From the human T2T-CHM13v2.0 reference genome, Homo sapiens, in assembly GCF_009914755.1 (NCBI RefSeq), contig NC_060926.1: 64,000 bases of DNA; one strand, 5' to 3'. The position numbers and the translations under genes were made by a program. Positions 13,141 to 26,699 of this stretch are shown piece by piece; within the stretch, counting starts at the first letter, position 1, and each line of letters begins with the position of its first letter. The notes under the pieces are model-generated. The model was not told where the DNA came from and ran no database searches. It worked only from the letters and a program-made list of their open reading frames with translations.

Positions 13141-14559
13141 AGACTTCTTAAGCAATGCAGTCCAGAGTTTGACACCTGCTCCCACCACTGAGGCCTCAGA
13201 ATATGTTTATGTTATATGTCCTTGACTAACTCAGGTATTAACAAAAATAATGCCCAAACAATTATCTCTCATCCCCACCCCCCAAAAAAATCTGGGTCAC
13301 TTCTCCCTCTGATTTGCCATGTAATTCTCAAGTAGACAACACAAATAGCAGTTGCAGAGGCTAAGGGGAAAAAAGTGTTAAAAAAAAAAAAACTTATCTG
13401 TCTTAAAAGTCATGAATGAAATAAAGGAAACTGTGTTCATAGCACCTGACTCACATGATTACTGTGGGTGAGCCATCAATATGTAGATAGAAAGAAAATA
13501 ATTGGCATAAGCTCCTTGAAATTTCTGCCTACAGCCTCCCCAAGGAGGCCTTGGGGAGAATTCAGATAGCATTTGAACAGCCAGGGTTCAGTAATGAGAA
13601 CTGACATTCTAGTGTGTAGTACAAAAGGCACTTCCCTCCCGGAACCACGAAAAGTACTTTAATCAGCCAAAACGTTGCTACTGTTAAAAAAAAAAGAAAA
13701 AGAAAAAAAAGGAGGGGGAGGGGATAAAACAGCCCCCTCGTTTATTGTTTCTCCACCACTGCTATGCCCAACTCCTACTGAATGGACGAGCCCCTTTGGC
13801 ATCATCTTATGCCTACCTCATTAATGCCACTTGCTCACTGCTATGCCAGAAAACCCAGCTGATTCACAGGAAACCCTGAGCTGAAGGTTGCCTGGGTTTT
13901 GAGTTGCTTATGCACACAATTCACACTCCATGTGTTAGAAGCCCCCTCCATTCTGCAAATCACTCAGTGAGCCTGAAAAGTGGGAAACTGGCTTTGTACT
14001 GTCTCTGGCTCCCCCCTGAACAGTCAAACCCCAGGATGCCCACAAAATATTTGATTCCTTGTAAACTCAGAACAACCATCACAAAGAAGGAGAAAAGGTC
14101 AAATCCTCAAGTGAGGCACCCAGAGTGAACAGCCCGAGATATTGGAAAAGGTAAGCTGAGAAAATACTCAGACTCCTCTAGCAGAAGCTAAAGATAAAAC
14201 ATGGCTTGCTTCGTGCCCAAGGCAGACATTGAGCAGATTCCATTCTGAGAAGTTCATTGGAGGGTGAGGTCTCCTTCTCCATACGCACCCCCTCTGTCAT
14301 CCTCTCTGGTATCCAGTCTTGCCTCCTGGCATGCTATGTTTTTCTTTGTCCCCTTCCTTCTAGCTGAAGCAAATACCCTGTTACTAATAATTGTGGTTAC
14401 CCACGTCATTCACAGACAATATTTTCAAGGCAATAATCATAGAATACCTTAGTGAGGCATTAGATTCTGAGGACTTTGGATATATATGCAGATTGCTTTA
14501 TACAAACAGCCAAACACGTCCTTTCACACATGTGCAGAATCTAAGAACTGAAATATGAT

Positions 14560-14845
14560 TGAAGTCACACCCCCCTTTCCTGAGGGAATCCTGCATTGAC
14601 TTACTGGTCTGTGTGGGTTATAAAGACCTAGTCCCCTTGCCCTGATTCAGGACATCTCTGAAAATCCGTTCCAGCTCCAGAGTGCCCCTTTAAGACATGG
14701 GAAAACAAAACAAAACAAAACAAACAAACAAAAAATGCCATGCTGCATCACAGTCCAACATCTCCCTATGCTCAGTCCTGCTTTACTTACTCCCTCAACA
14801 ATGTTGACCCTGAGAACACTTCCCAATGAACTTATTGCATTAAAT
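14560..14845 (+). mobile_element. LTR16C ERVL LTR, 3' two-thirds, with an (AAAAC)n insert
   Basis: gttataaagacctagtccccttgccctgattcaggacatctctg...ccagctccagag...ctgcatcacagtccaac...ttgaccctgagaacacttcccaatgaac. Confidence 0.7.
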
Positions 14846-15167
14846 TAAAAAAAAAAAAAAAGAAAAGCTAGAAAAGACTGAAGAGGTCTTAAAACCCAAC
14901 CCCCTACGCAGTCCGCCCAGTAGGACTCGCTTCTGTGCTATCCTAGAGATAATCAAATGGCCTTCCCTTTAACCTTCCAAGTGTTTGGGGTTTCCAGATT
15001 CTTACACAGAAGTGAAGAGGAGAAAATGCTCTTTGGGGTAGGCAAATCTCTGACATCAGAGACGTTTGACACCATGAAATTCTGTAAGGTGATGAAGTAG
15101 GGTCCAGAAAGAGAAAACAGCTGCTTGGCCAAAGGGTGCTACATGAAATTATTAAAATGTGATGCTT

Positions 15168-15914
<747 letters not shown>

Positions 15915-17623
15915 CCTAGTGTCCTTTCCCTTATAAAACCAAGCTAATGAAGGAATACAGTGGGCAATCCTGCCAAGAGTGGTATATAAACAACACAGGG
16001 AATTTATGATAAAAGGCCAAGGAAATGGGCAAGAAAAAAGGAGCTGAGAAAACAAGGACACTGCAGAGAGAACCATTAAACAAGCATCATGCTCCTGGCT
16101 TATCTCCTTTGCACACTGAGCTCCCAGAGGCTTCCAACAGAGCTCAGCACAGTGAAGACCAACACAGAGAGAGTTTGGCTTGTCACATGTCTAGCACAGC
16201 AGAGAAAAGTTGAACGAGAGGCTGTAAAACATGGAGTCAGCCGATTTCTAATAGTGAATCTGGATATTAATTTTTGCAATTTTTGCGGTTACTGTCTACA
16301 GAGATGGTTATCAATGTTTTTGATATGGCCTAAACTAAAGATGGAGAAAAAGTGAGTTGATGATGAGTTGGTGTGGATCTTCTTTTGGTAGGAGAAGAAG
16401 TTTTATCTGAGATCAGACTCTAGATTGTAAAAGAAAACTCCCCACAAAGGGACAAGCAATTTGTATGAGTGTGTGTCAGGTCCAGAACAAGACATTAGGG
16501 GTGGTAAGACCTGTGGACCTTTGTAAAATATATTCCAAACACTTTGCTGGCTGAACAATTACGTTTGTGGCTAAATTTCACTGCTGGTCTGCCAGTTTGC
16601 AACTCCTGCTCTAAAAGGTGACTGTCTTCCCAGATAATCTGAAGCTATCATCTGCTGCTCACACTCAGAGGGTGAACTGATGGCCTTACAGTTAGGCTTC
16701 TGTTTTATTCCTCGTCAAAGAATAGCCTCCCCCCACCATCCCTACCCCCTCCGCCAACTCCTCTCTGGTGTTTGCAGCCACCATCCCTATCACCATTTCT
16801 AGATTAGAAAAGAAGGCCAGTGGAACTGCCAAAATGGAGAGGAAGAAGGAGACCAAATTGGGAAAGAATGTTGGACAACATTAGCAGAAAACTAAAGGCA
16901 GGGTGAACACTCTTCCTCCAAGGTTGCTCAGATATAATATCCCAGCTATTTATGTAGACTCTGACTTCAGCATCTGAAGACAACTTCCTCATTCTTGAAG
17001 AAAAGGAAAGCATGGACATCTATTCAATACCTGGACCATGTCAACCAAATACCAGCTACCTTACCCCGAGGGTCCCAGAAGAAAGCAGGGTGGAGATGTG
17101 ACCAAACTCTACATTTTTCCTTTTAGCCCTGAAGATTCTGATTCTTAGGCTACAGTTCAGTTAATTTTCCTTATTTAACAAGTCAATATGCCTATGAAAG
17201 CAGGAATACAGGAACCAAAGGAATAATCCATACATTAAATGTTTGAAACCAATACTAATACAGACTAAAACTTAAAGAACTTAGGCTTAAACTGTGAACA
17301 TGCAGACAAGAAAATTACTTCTGTTTTCAAAGCTCCTAAGCAAAGGCCCCACCTCCCAATGCCACACACTGTTCTATTTTCTGAGGCTGTGATCAAAAGC
17401 ACATACCGGCACTAAGTACCTGAGATGAAAGTGGGAAGAAAGACAATAAATTCAAAACCAAAATCAAATGGAGTCATTTACAATGGGACCACCCAAACTT
17501 CACATTGGAAAGGAAATAGAAGAATTTGTTTTAAAGCAGAAACATCTTCTAGAATGATTTCTCTAACCCACTTACTTTACAGATAGAAAGACTAAGGTTA
17601 AAAGTGGTTACGTGATGAGACCA

Positions 17624-17997
17624 TATCTCAGTCAGCTCGGTCTGCTAGAACAAATTACTGTAGAGTGGGTGGCTTACACAATGTTTGTTTCTCATGATTC
17701 TGCAGGTTGGGAGGTTCAAGAGCAAGGATCCATTGGCAGATATGAAGTGCAGTGAGGACTCTCTTTCTGGTTTGCAGACAGCTGTCTTCTCTCTGTATCC
17801 TCACAAAGTAGAGAACAGGAAAAGGAAAAAGCAAGCTCTCTCCTGATCCTTCATATGAGGGCACTAATCCCATTCATGAGTCCCCAACCTTGCGACCTAA
17901 TGACTTCCCAAAGGCTCCACCTCCCAATGCCATCACATTGGGGGTTAGGATTTCAACATACCAATTTTGCAGGGAGCACAACACAAAGTCCATAACA
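17624..17997 (-). mobile_element. MLT1A-family solo LTR with 5-bp TSD GACCA
   Basis: tatctcagtc...ccaaaggctccacctcccaatgccatcacattggggg...tccataaca. GACCA at 17619-17623 and 17998-18002. Confidence 0.88.
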
Positions 17998-19074
17998 GAC
18001 CAACTTTATGTGCTAATTATTACTTCAGGGCTTGAGGATGTTGAGTCATGTCATAGTTTCCATTTCGAATTTCATCTCCAATTGGTTAAATAATTTCATC
18101 TCATTCCTGAGATTATTTGTGTCTCGGCTTCTCCCCATTTGAAAACACTCTTTAAACTCCTAAAACTTGACATTCAATTTGACAAATACGTATTAAGCAC
18201 CTCATCATGTGTACCCAGCTCTATTCTAGGTGCTAGAGATCCAATGGAGAGGAGTCTGTGGAGAATAAGATGAGAAAGGAGCTTATGCTCTGAAGGGAAG
18301 ATGTTTAGAAGCATTAGTTGACCAAGAATATCAAATGTATTAATATCATTTTGTTGCAGTTAATTTCTTCATGTAACTTAGATCATCTCATTCCTTTACA
18401 TGGGTGTTCTTTCATAAAAAGAACTTGGGCTTTCTCAGAAACTAGATCCAAAGACATGACTTGTAATATGTGTCAGTACTATTGTTATCACAGGATTAAA
18501 AATAACAATGCTAAGGCAGGTTGCAGACATTGTTTACATCCACCCCATGACCTCTAGCACCAGTCTACATAAGAATACAGCAACTTCTGGAATGGATTAC
18601 GGAGGGGCACTGGAAGAGTATTAGAAGTAGACTAGTAAAAAGGAAAAGAAAAAAAAAAGAAGAGAAAGAATGGAGAAAAACAACCAGGAGGGAGAAAAAA
18701 TAACACTAATAAAAAGAAGGTGGAGCTAGAGAATGAAATAGAGAGAGGCAGAGAAAGCATACTGGGACTAGGTAGAGGCCAGGGAGGGACAACCTACGCA
18801 CATCATTTAGGGAGGTGCTCATTCTTGAAGGGCCTAGATGTCTTGCTTTCCCCACCCTTGTCCCAGCCCTGGTACCAAGGGCCCCTTAGTGACCACATCA
18901 GTGCCACTGTTACCCAACACTGGCCAGTAACACATGTAATACCATCTGGGCATAGAGGAAGAAAAACTGCTGAATTAAGTTCTCTCTTTTATGCCACTCC
19001 TTCCCAAAGCTGCTCTTTCCTTCCAGGCCACACCAAGGTCTCTTCCTCTCTATTCAGGCTTGGTGAGCTGTTGA

Positions 19075-19230
19075 GCATTTAGGGATTGTTGCTTACTGCA
19101 TGTAACTTTTGTGTCTCCAACTGGTGTGTGAGCAATCTGAAGACAGGCACCATGTCTAACTGTCCAGAAGGCCAAGGAAAGGATGGGTACACAGTAGCTT
19201 CTCATTAAATGACTGAATGAATAATTGATC
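19075..19230 (+). mobile_element. L2 3' end
   Basis: tgtgtctccaactggtgtgtgagcaatctgaagacaggcacc...acacagtagcttctcattaaatgactgaatgaat. Confidence 0.6.
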
Positions 19231-21659
19231 AATTGGTTAGTTGTGATGATATTGCTCATCTGCAGAGCTGGAAACAGAGATAATGAACTTCAGTTCATTA
19301 TTTGACCTTGGGCCATCCACTCATGCCTGCATCCCCTGAAATACAAGAGATCCCCTATCCTGTTCCCCTAAGCATCCACATCATCATACACAACAGGTAT
19401 TATAAGAAGAGCTGATTGAGGGTGATACTACATTTGTATTAGAAGCCCTAGTGAACAACAGCAGAAAAAGCAGAATATAAAGCAATCCTCTCACTAAAAA
19501 ATATTTAGTTTACTACTATCTTTACTTGAATAAGAGAATACCCAGATTGCCATACACTTTCATTTATAGGGGGAAAAAATCTACTGTGTATGCAGCTGGA
19601 ATTCAAAAGAATGAAATTTCCATAGGAAATCCCCCATTTCCAATCCAGTTAGACTACTGTTAGTTGAGATTTTAATCCCAACATTACAAAGGAATGAAAG
19701 TCTTTGGGTCTTTTTACATTTTGTAAATAATCCTTTAAACACAAGGAGGAGCTTTAACCACTGTATAACACCTGTCTGGGGCATGTAATCTGCCCTGGTC
19801 CTTCAAACCAGCCTGGTCCATCCGCCTGGCAGACACAATCTGGCCTATACAGGTGAGTAGTGAACAATTGCAGGTGGTCAGGACAGCCACCCTCAAGGTG
19901 GCTCAAGATAAGGAATCTGACCTTATCTTGGCACCACTTCTAAACTACTAGATCTGCAACCCTCTTTCGGCCAACTTCTTTAGAGTCCTGTTTGGGCAAG
20001 GCCTACCTGGTGTTGGTCCTTAGTGTGCTCCTTCTCTGGACTCCCATGGGCAGCACAGCTCTTGCCCCATGCGACATGCCACATGGCTGGTATTCTGACT
20101 CAGCCAACCCCGGTGGCCCTGTGAACACAGTGACAGACACTGGGAAGCCATTCACAAACCAGAATGAAGCACTTGCTAAAGTCTCAGTTGGACTGAAACA
20201 AGGTCTGCACGTGGCTGGCAGGTGAAGCGAGGCAGAACCCCCATCCCTGCTGTTATTTACTTCAATGTTTGTACCTGGGGTCTGAGGGGCCTTCAAGGAA
20301 ATACATGTTTTCTGTCTACTGATGGGGTTCAAATATGCACCCAGACAAGATGTCTCTGACAGACCAGGAAGGAAGGGAGAAGGGGAGGCAACTCAAGGCA
20401 GTTTGCAGGGAGGAAAGGTAGGCACCTGAAAAAGACCAGACCCAGACCGTGAGGAAAAGACCCTGGAGTGTGGACCAGACTCAGTAACAGACCCTGAAAA
20501 GCTGAGGGAAGTCGAGGTTCTGACTCAAGCTGGTGGCAGATATTCGAGCACTCCCCACTCAAGACACCTGACGTGGGTGCACCAGTGAGAGAAAGGATAG
20601 AGCGTGTGAGATGAAAGGGCTGGTCTTATTAAGCCCTACAATACTCTGGGGTCCAAGCAATCCTGCTGTGGGACCCTGCTAAGTGAACATAATGCCGAGG
20701 AAGAACAGCTCTCCTCTTTTTGCCAAAGCCTGCCAAGGTGTCAAGGCTTGAGAAAGAGTGGTGGGTGCCACAACAGAGATCAGGTTCAGCCATCAAGGCC
20801 AGCAACAGTGCAGCAGCTCAGCCCAGAAGACTGGGCTGACATGCAGGCCTATGTTAGACGTCTCTTGGGAACTCTTAGGCATATCTTTTGGTGAAAGGGT
20901 GCGGGGGATGGAGGGGAAAGTTGGCAAACTTTTACAGAATTGGTGGGGATGTGAGTACCAAATACAATGGGACCTTGCTCACCTGCTGGTAAAGCTTGAG
21001 GATCATTTAGTTACACCGGAGTTCTGAATATTCTAGTCCCTTTTAAAGGATGTCATGAGATGTCTGATCTACCAGGACCAGCCCTGCTATTCTGCTCTGT
21101 CCTAGTAATCAGAGGTCTCTAACCTCTGAACCACCAAGAACTTGAGCTTCCATGATTACAGAGAAGGGCTCTTTCTCCCATGTAGAGAACTAGGAAGTAG
21201 CTGGTGACCACTATGTCCACATGGGCTCCCTCACCCGATCATCAAGGTCCCCTGTGCTATCCATAGCCTTCCCTCACCCTGGCAAAGGTGATGCAAAGCC
21301 TTTACTCTACACACCCATCCAACCTGAGCCTTATCATCTAACATACTCACATGGGGTCTTATTGTACTCTATGCACCCCCAGTTCAAGAGGATGACAAGC
21401 GAACCTTACTGTAAATATCTTTTCATGTTTCTAATCCTCCCACACATGCCTCCGGTTTCCTCCCTGGCCCTCCAAGCTTACAGTCTGTTTCCTTCTGTGG
21501 TGAAGTTGGGCAAGTTCCGATGCTTGGGGTGGAGAGCCATGAATCATGAGTGAGAGGCTCTGGGAACACCAAGTCCACACTACTCTACTTACAAGTCCTA
21601 AACTGCCTAGTGGGATCCAACGCTGACCCCAGTGGAGTTCTTTACCCATGACTGGTGTC

Positions 21660-22045
21660 CTCAGGAATGTGTCTGTGGGAAGAAAAGTCTCAAATGCTGG
21701 GGAATGGAGCCATCGATAATTTCTTTCCTATGTTGGAGTGCAAGAGAGCCCCTAAGGCTGGAGCACTCCCCAAGTAAGCAGGCAGAGACAGAGACCTGAG
21801 TCCTACTGCTGAGTCATTTAAATCTGCTTTAGATCGGGTTTTCCCAGGGCATGGAAAGGACAGGGCTCCCAGTGGAGATATCATGTAGCTATAGGGCCTA
21901 GAAGTATTTTTTCAGTAGATGAAATTTAGAAATAATTTGAATATTTTATGCTGGGGAGGTAGCTTGTGGAGTGAAATGGTCGGGTAAAGGAAACACTGAG
22001 TTCAAGTGCTTCTTTATAAAGGACACTTAACTGATCTAAATATTT
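21660..22045 (+). promoter_or_regulatory. Putative MYOSLID promoter
   Basis: GGAATG (TEAD/MCAT) at 21664 and 21701, CArG-like CCTATGTTGG 21727-21736, TGCTGAGTCAT (AP-1/ARE) 21807-21817, NF-kB-like GGGTTTTCCC 21836-21845, TATAAA 22015-22020, all upstream of a strong splice donor. Confidence 0.6.
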
Positions 22046-22342
22046 GTCAAGCTGAATCGCTACATCCACTCTCACCTGCCTGAAATCAATATGCTCAAGT
22101 CAAACGCATTTGCCTGCATCTGAATGTGGAGAATGAACTTCTTAAAGCTGAACTGGCAGCTGGAAGGGGAGAGAGAAGAGCTGGACAGGGAGCCAGGACA
22201 CCGGAGTTCTTTTCCACTGTGGTGGGATCTGGAAGAAGCTGTTGAATCTCTGTAGAGTTAGCTTTTAAATGCTGTGAGTCTTTGGAAAGCTGTGCGAATA
22301 ACTGCTAAACACCCAGGACAGCTTATGCATTTTTTGAAAAAG
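22040..22342 (+). ncRNA. MYOSLID: MYOSLID exon 1 (start approximate)
   Basis: Unique sequence ending at a consensus donor aaaaag|gtaagt. Confidence 0.65.
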
Positions 22343-22462
22343 GTAAGTACTTATCTGTTGGAACAAAAGCTCCTCTTTTTGTTTTAGCCTTGAATTCTCA
22401 GGCAGTGAATGCACTACCGTGTGCAGAAGGCAAGGACATGGCTGAGCATGTTGTTTTCTTCA

Positions 22463-22472
22463 CCTTATATGG
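22463..22472. promoter_or_regulatory. Perfect CArG box CCTTATATGG in intron 1
   Basis: Matches the high-affinity SRF site CCWTATAWGG, 120 bp downstream of the exon 1 donor. Confidence 0.65.
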
Positions 22473-22546
22473 AGCTTCCTTAACAGGTCTGTGCCAAGGT
22501 CTTTTCATTCTGAATCACTTGAGCTCTATTCAAAGAGGAGACAGAT

Positions 22547-22708
22547 AAAAAATTAACTGAGTACAGTGGCACACACCTGTAGTCCCAGCTACTCGGGAGG
22601 CTGAGGTGGAAGGATCACTTGAGCCCGGGGGAGATTGAGTTTGCAGTGAGCTGTGATAGTGCCACTGCACTCCAGCCTGGACAATAGAGTGAGACCCCAA
22701 TTCTAAGA
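22547..22708 (+). mobile_element. AluJ right arm / FRAM-like monomer
   Basis: cacctgtagtcccagctactcgggaggctgaggtggaaggatcacttgagccc...ccactgcactccagcctggacaatagagtgagaccc. Confidence 0.9.
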
Positions 22709-22789
22709 GAGAGACAGAGAGAGGTTGGGAGGAGGGAGAGAGGAAGGGAGAGAACTTTGGGACTTTGATTTATCCTTGTTTTCTACCAG

Positions 22790-22946
22790 ATACTTGCAAA
22801 ATGGGAGCCATCTGGTGCTAAAAGAAGGCCTGGTGTTTGCTGCCTTCTCTGGGGGGTGTTCAACAGGGGTATTAGCACCTGTGTTAGGCCCCACCATGCA
22901 CACACACATACATATGTTCAGTTATGTGCTGGCTCCTTGTGACTGA
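22790..22946 (+). ncRNA. Candidate MYOSLID exon 2 (alternative donor possible at 23122)
   Basis: Acceptor tatccttgttttctaccag|A at 22789 and donor tga|gtgagt at 22946/7. Confidence 0.45.
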
Positions 22947-23212
22947 GTGAGTATCAGGAAGGACTGGGGATTCTGTGGCTTTTATTGGCCACAAATGAGT
23001 CCACACAGTTCTCCAGCAGTGGTGCATGCAGGGACCAGGTCCCCCGATTCCCCAGTCACCACAGCTGTGCAACCAAGAACACACTGTATCTTGTGGCCAG
23101 CCCTTTTCCTGTGGAGGAAAAGGTACTTCTGAGCCTGTACATGCCCTTTATGCCTTGGTCTGGGAGGGAGAATGTGGCAATGAAAAGTCACCACTTTTAT
23201 TGCCATCCTTAA

Positions 23213-23743
23213 TATGGTTGATTAATTGCAAAAATACCCTCAGCCCTTTGCCCCTGCCTGAGGCCACACCTTTGCAATGTGACTTTGCATTTGCACCCAT
23301 CAATAAGTGGAGTCTATTTCTCCATCCCTTACATCTAAGCCTGCCTCGGAACTCACTTTGACCAACAGAATGTGGTATAAGCGATGATGTGCCAGTTCTG
23401 AGCCTCAGCCTCAACAGGTTTTGGGCACTTCTTCCCTCTCTCTCTCAGACCCCATGATTACCCTGCAAACAAGCTCACACTACTGGATGACAGAGACATA
23501 CGGCCCAGTCATCCTGTCACCATCACTGTTTGTCAAACAGCTGCCTGACATATGAGTAAAGTCTTCCTAGACCAAGCAGCCCTCAGCCATCCTGCCAGCT
23601 GACCACAGATGCACGAGCAAGTCAAGCCAAAATCACTCAAACCTGGCACAAGTCAACAGGCTGGTGAGCAATAATAAATGCCTGTTGTTTTCAGTTACTG
23701 AGTTTTGGGGTGACTTGCTACACAGCAATACCTGACTGATACA
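23213..23743 (+). mobile_element. MLT1H-like MaLR solo LTR
   Basis: ctttgcaatgtgactttgc...gtggagtctatttctcc...tttgaccaacagaatgtgg...ttgctacacagcaatacctgactgataca. Confidence 0.8.
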
Positions 23744-23784
23744 CTTACTCATGACAGGTTGGTGTAATACTAGCCGTTGGGCAT

Positions 23785-24905
23785 TCAGATACTTTATTTC
23801 ACAGATTGACTGGATTCCTGCCATATATATAACCAGGATTGTTCCAGGCTCTGTGGATACAATATCTCTGCCCTCCTAGAGTTTACATTCTAAAGGATGA
23901 AGACAAACCACAAATAAATAAATGAGCATGTAAATAACAACAATATCAGCATTAGTAAGCAACATACAGACCATTTAAAAGATTATATGATAAAGAATAA
24001 CCGTGCATTACTGGTCTGGTGTCCAGGGAAGCCACACTGAAGAAACATTTAGACAGATCTGAATGTCAGTGTAGAGTGGGCCATGTAAAAATTGGAGAAG
24101 AGCACTCCAAGCAGAGGGAATTGCAAATGCCCAGGCCTCAAGGTTGGACTATGGTGTCTGAAAAAACAGAAAGAAGACTGTGCCTAAAGCACAGTGAGAA
24201 AGGGTATGTGGGGAGGGAATGGAGAGAACAGGTAGGGCGTTTAAGCCAACGTAAAGAATTTGGACTTTATGCTAAATGCACTGAGCAAGCTATTATCACT
24301 TTTAAAATAGGAGAGTAACATATCTGATTAATGTTTAAATGGATTCCTCTGGCTGATGGGCACAGAGTGGTTATTAAGGGGAAGACATGGAGGAACTGAA
24401 TCAGTTAGGATAATGCAGACTGAGCCAGGTTTACAGCAATGGAGATTAAGAGATCAAATGTGTTTTGGAGGAAGAAGTGACAGGACTTGGGATGAATTGG
24501 ATGTGGGAGTCAAAGGAGAGAGAGGAATCAGGATAACCCCTAGATCTTGGTCCAGTAACCGAATGAACTGAAATGCAAGAAACTCATAGAGGAGCAGGTT
24601 TAGGGGCTGGACATTCAAGTCTGTGGTGCCTGTTAGGACAAGGGGCAGGCCTGGTGTTTTGGGAAGGGGTCAGCACTGGAGGAACAGGTTGGATGTCACT
24701 GGCATAAATCTTAGACTGGATGAGGTCACTGGAGGACAGCAATTAGGAGTGACAAGAGCCCAGGACAAAGACCTGGACATTCCAACATTTATGGGTCGGG
24801 CAGTTGAGAATGAGCCAGCAAAGGAGATGAAGAAGAAACTGCCAGTAACGTGAGAGACAGATGTGGAGGTCTCCAAGACCAAGAGAGGAGAATGGGCAAG
24901 AAGAC
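23785..24905 (-). mobile_element. L2 LINE fragment
   Basis: Purine-rich antisense L2: tctctgccctcctagagtttacattcta...gagcactccaagcagagggaattgcaaatgc...ggatgtgggagtcaaaggagagagaggaatcagga. Confidence 0.75.
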
Positions 24906-25209
24906 GGCCGTGGTCCATTGTACTAAATGCTCCTGGCACATATAGGGGACAAGGACTTTGTTGCATTGAATCTGGCAAACATTCAAATGCATTGTGCCTT
25001 CCTTAGGGCAATAATGAATCACAGAACCTAAAGTGGATTGTAAAGTTATTATCTGGACTCTCTGTCCTACAGGCCTCTACTCTAGATAGCTGGGATTAGT
25101 TAATACCAACCCCTGCCCCTACTTAATCCTTGTTCCCATTGGTTCAGTTATTCCCCAAACTCCATGACTCTCTCTGCAGGCCCAGAAATATAATGACCCA
25201 TCAGGTTCA

Positions 25210-25350
25210 TCAATATCTAAATTCTCTGGAAACCATAAGCTCCCTGAGGGCAAAGATGGTGTCTGTCTTGTTCATGCTGTATCCCATCACCTAGGATATT
25301 ACCTAGCCACAAATACATTCTTAATAAACATTGGGTACATGGAGCAATGT
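25210..25350 (+). mobile_element. L2 3' end
   Basis: taagctccctgagggcaaagatggtgtctgtcttgttcatgctgtatcccatcacctag...ttaataaacatt. Confidence 0.7.
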
Positions 25351-26631
25351 TGAATCCCATTTGCCTTCCTACCATCAGTGCTGGCCCCCGTGTCCATGCT
25401 GCCACTAACTTATCCCCTGTGGACAGACGTGAGGCATTTTTTTCAACATTCCCCAAACTCCAGTTTCTCTGGGTTGGGGTCCTATCTTGCTCTTCGGGGT
25501 CTTTATAGGGCAGTATGCTATGGCTATGGCTAGGGCCAGATCCCCGGACTGCAGCTGACTTCTCAGCTGTAGATATCTCACTTGTGGGCTGGTGAGCTGC
25601 TCTTTGGTACCTGTGCCATCCCTACAGTTGGGAAAAGCTTAACCTTCACTACATCCAATGGTCTCATCTCCCTCGACCTCACCTTTAAGATTTTTATAAG
25701 TGTTTATTGTTGTGAAATCTCCTAATTGCTTTGTATTCAATTCACACATCTGCAGGGTCTGTATGGCTGGGTGATAGGAGGGGTTTGTGTCAGCTTGACC
25801 CGAAATATTGTCTCTGTAAAAGTCAAGTTTATAATACCTGGCAGTGGCATCAGGGAAGGTGCATGTGACTTTTTGACCCCTAAAAAGGCATTTCAGTTAA
25901 TCTGCAATGCTCACCAGGATGTTTGTGTGTGAATCAGTATCAAAAGTTTCACTTTCAGGATTTCATTTGAACCCTCTCTCAAAAGAGGGCATTTGGTAAC
26001 CATTCCACAGGAATCTAAAACCACTCACTTGCTCATCTGAGTACAATTCTGTTTTCTGGGACATGGTCAGGTGTTACAAGGCAGAGCCCTGAAAATTTAA
26101 CCTCATTTAACCTGAGCAAATATCATCCTTTAATCATAATAATGGGGTTTTTTTTTTTTTCAATTAAAGGCTTTGGTAATTATACTGAGCTTAACTTGGT
26201 AACAATTCTGCTACTACCTTCTACTGTAAGGATCTCATATTTGCTTGGCCTGTGAAAGGAAATTATCACAGAAGCAAAATCAGATTTTGGTTGAAGTCAA
26301 GACACATATTAAATCTGATGCTTCACAGCTGAACACAAGCCTCTCCACCTCCAATGGACTCCTCCTGACTGTGTGCAGACAGACACTTAATAAACGCTTT
26401 TGATGAAGGTCTCTCTGTCTTAAAAGGAAATTAGATTGTTCTGACAGTATCTCCTCATCACTAAACTGCTGGTTGCTATCCAGCAGCCTGTGATCCTCTA
26501 GGTGTTTGCAAATTGACTGTTTAATGTTTTGCATTTCTCTATGTCCACCTTTTTGGGGTGAGCAGCCACCTGTATAATTTCTGATATAGGTGATGTGTTT
26601 GTCTTTTGGTGGTGGTCTTGGCCATTTCATT

Positions 26632-26632
<1 letters not shown>

Positions 26633-26669
<37 letters not shown>
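26633..26669. repeat. (AC)18 microsatellite
   Basis: Perfect AC run. Confidence 0.97.
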
Positions 26670-26672
<3 letters not shown>

Positions 26673-26699
26673 TTTTGTTTCAGAACAGTTTCCTAAGCT

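Noticed and set aside
20850-21650. Possible decayed ERVL internal sequence upstream of the lncRNA promoter
   Set aside because: Only a vague resemblance. I could not identify a convincing pol or gag motif by eye.
23207-23217. CCTTAATATGG and CCTTTTAAAGG (21039) as CArG boxes
   Set aside because: Both have seven A/T bases between CC and GG, the wrong spacing for SRF.
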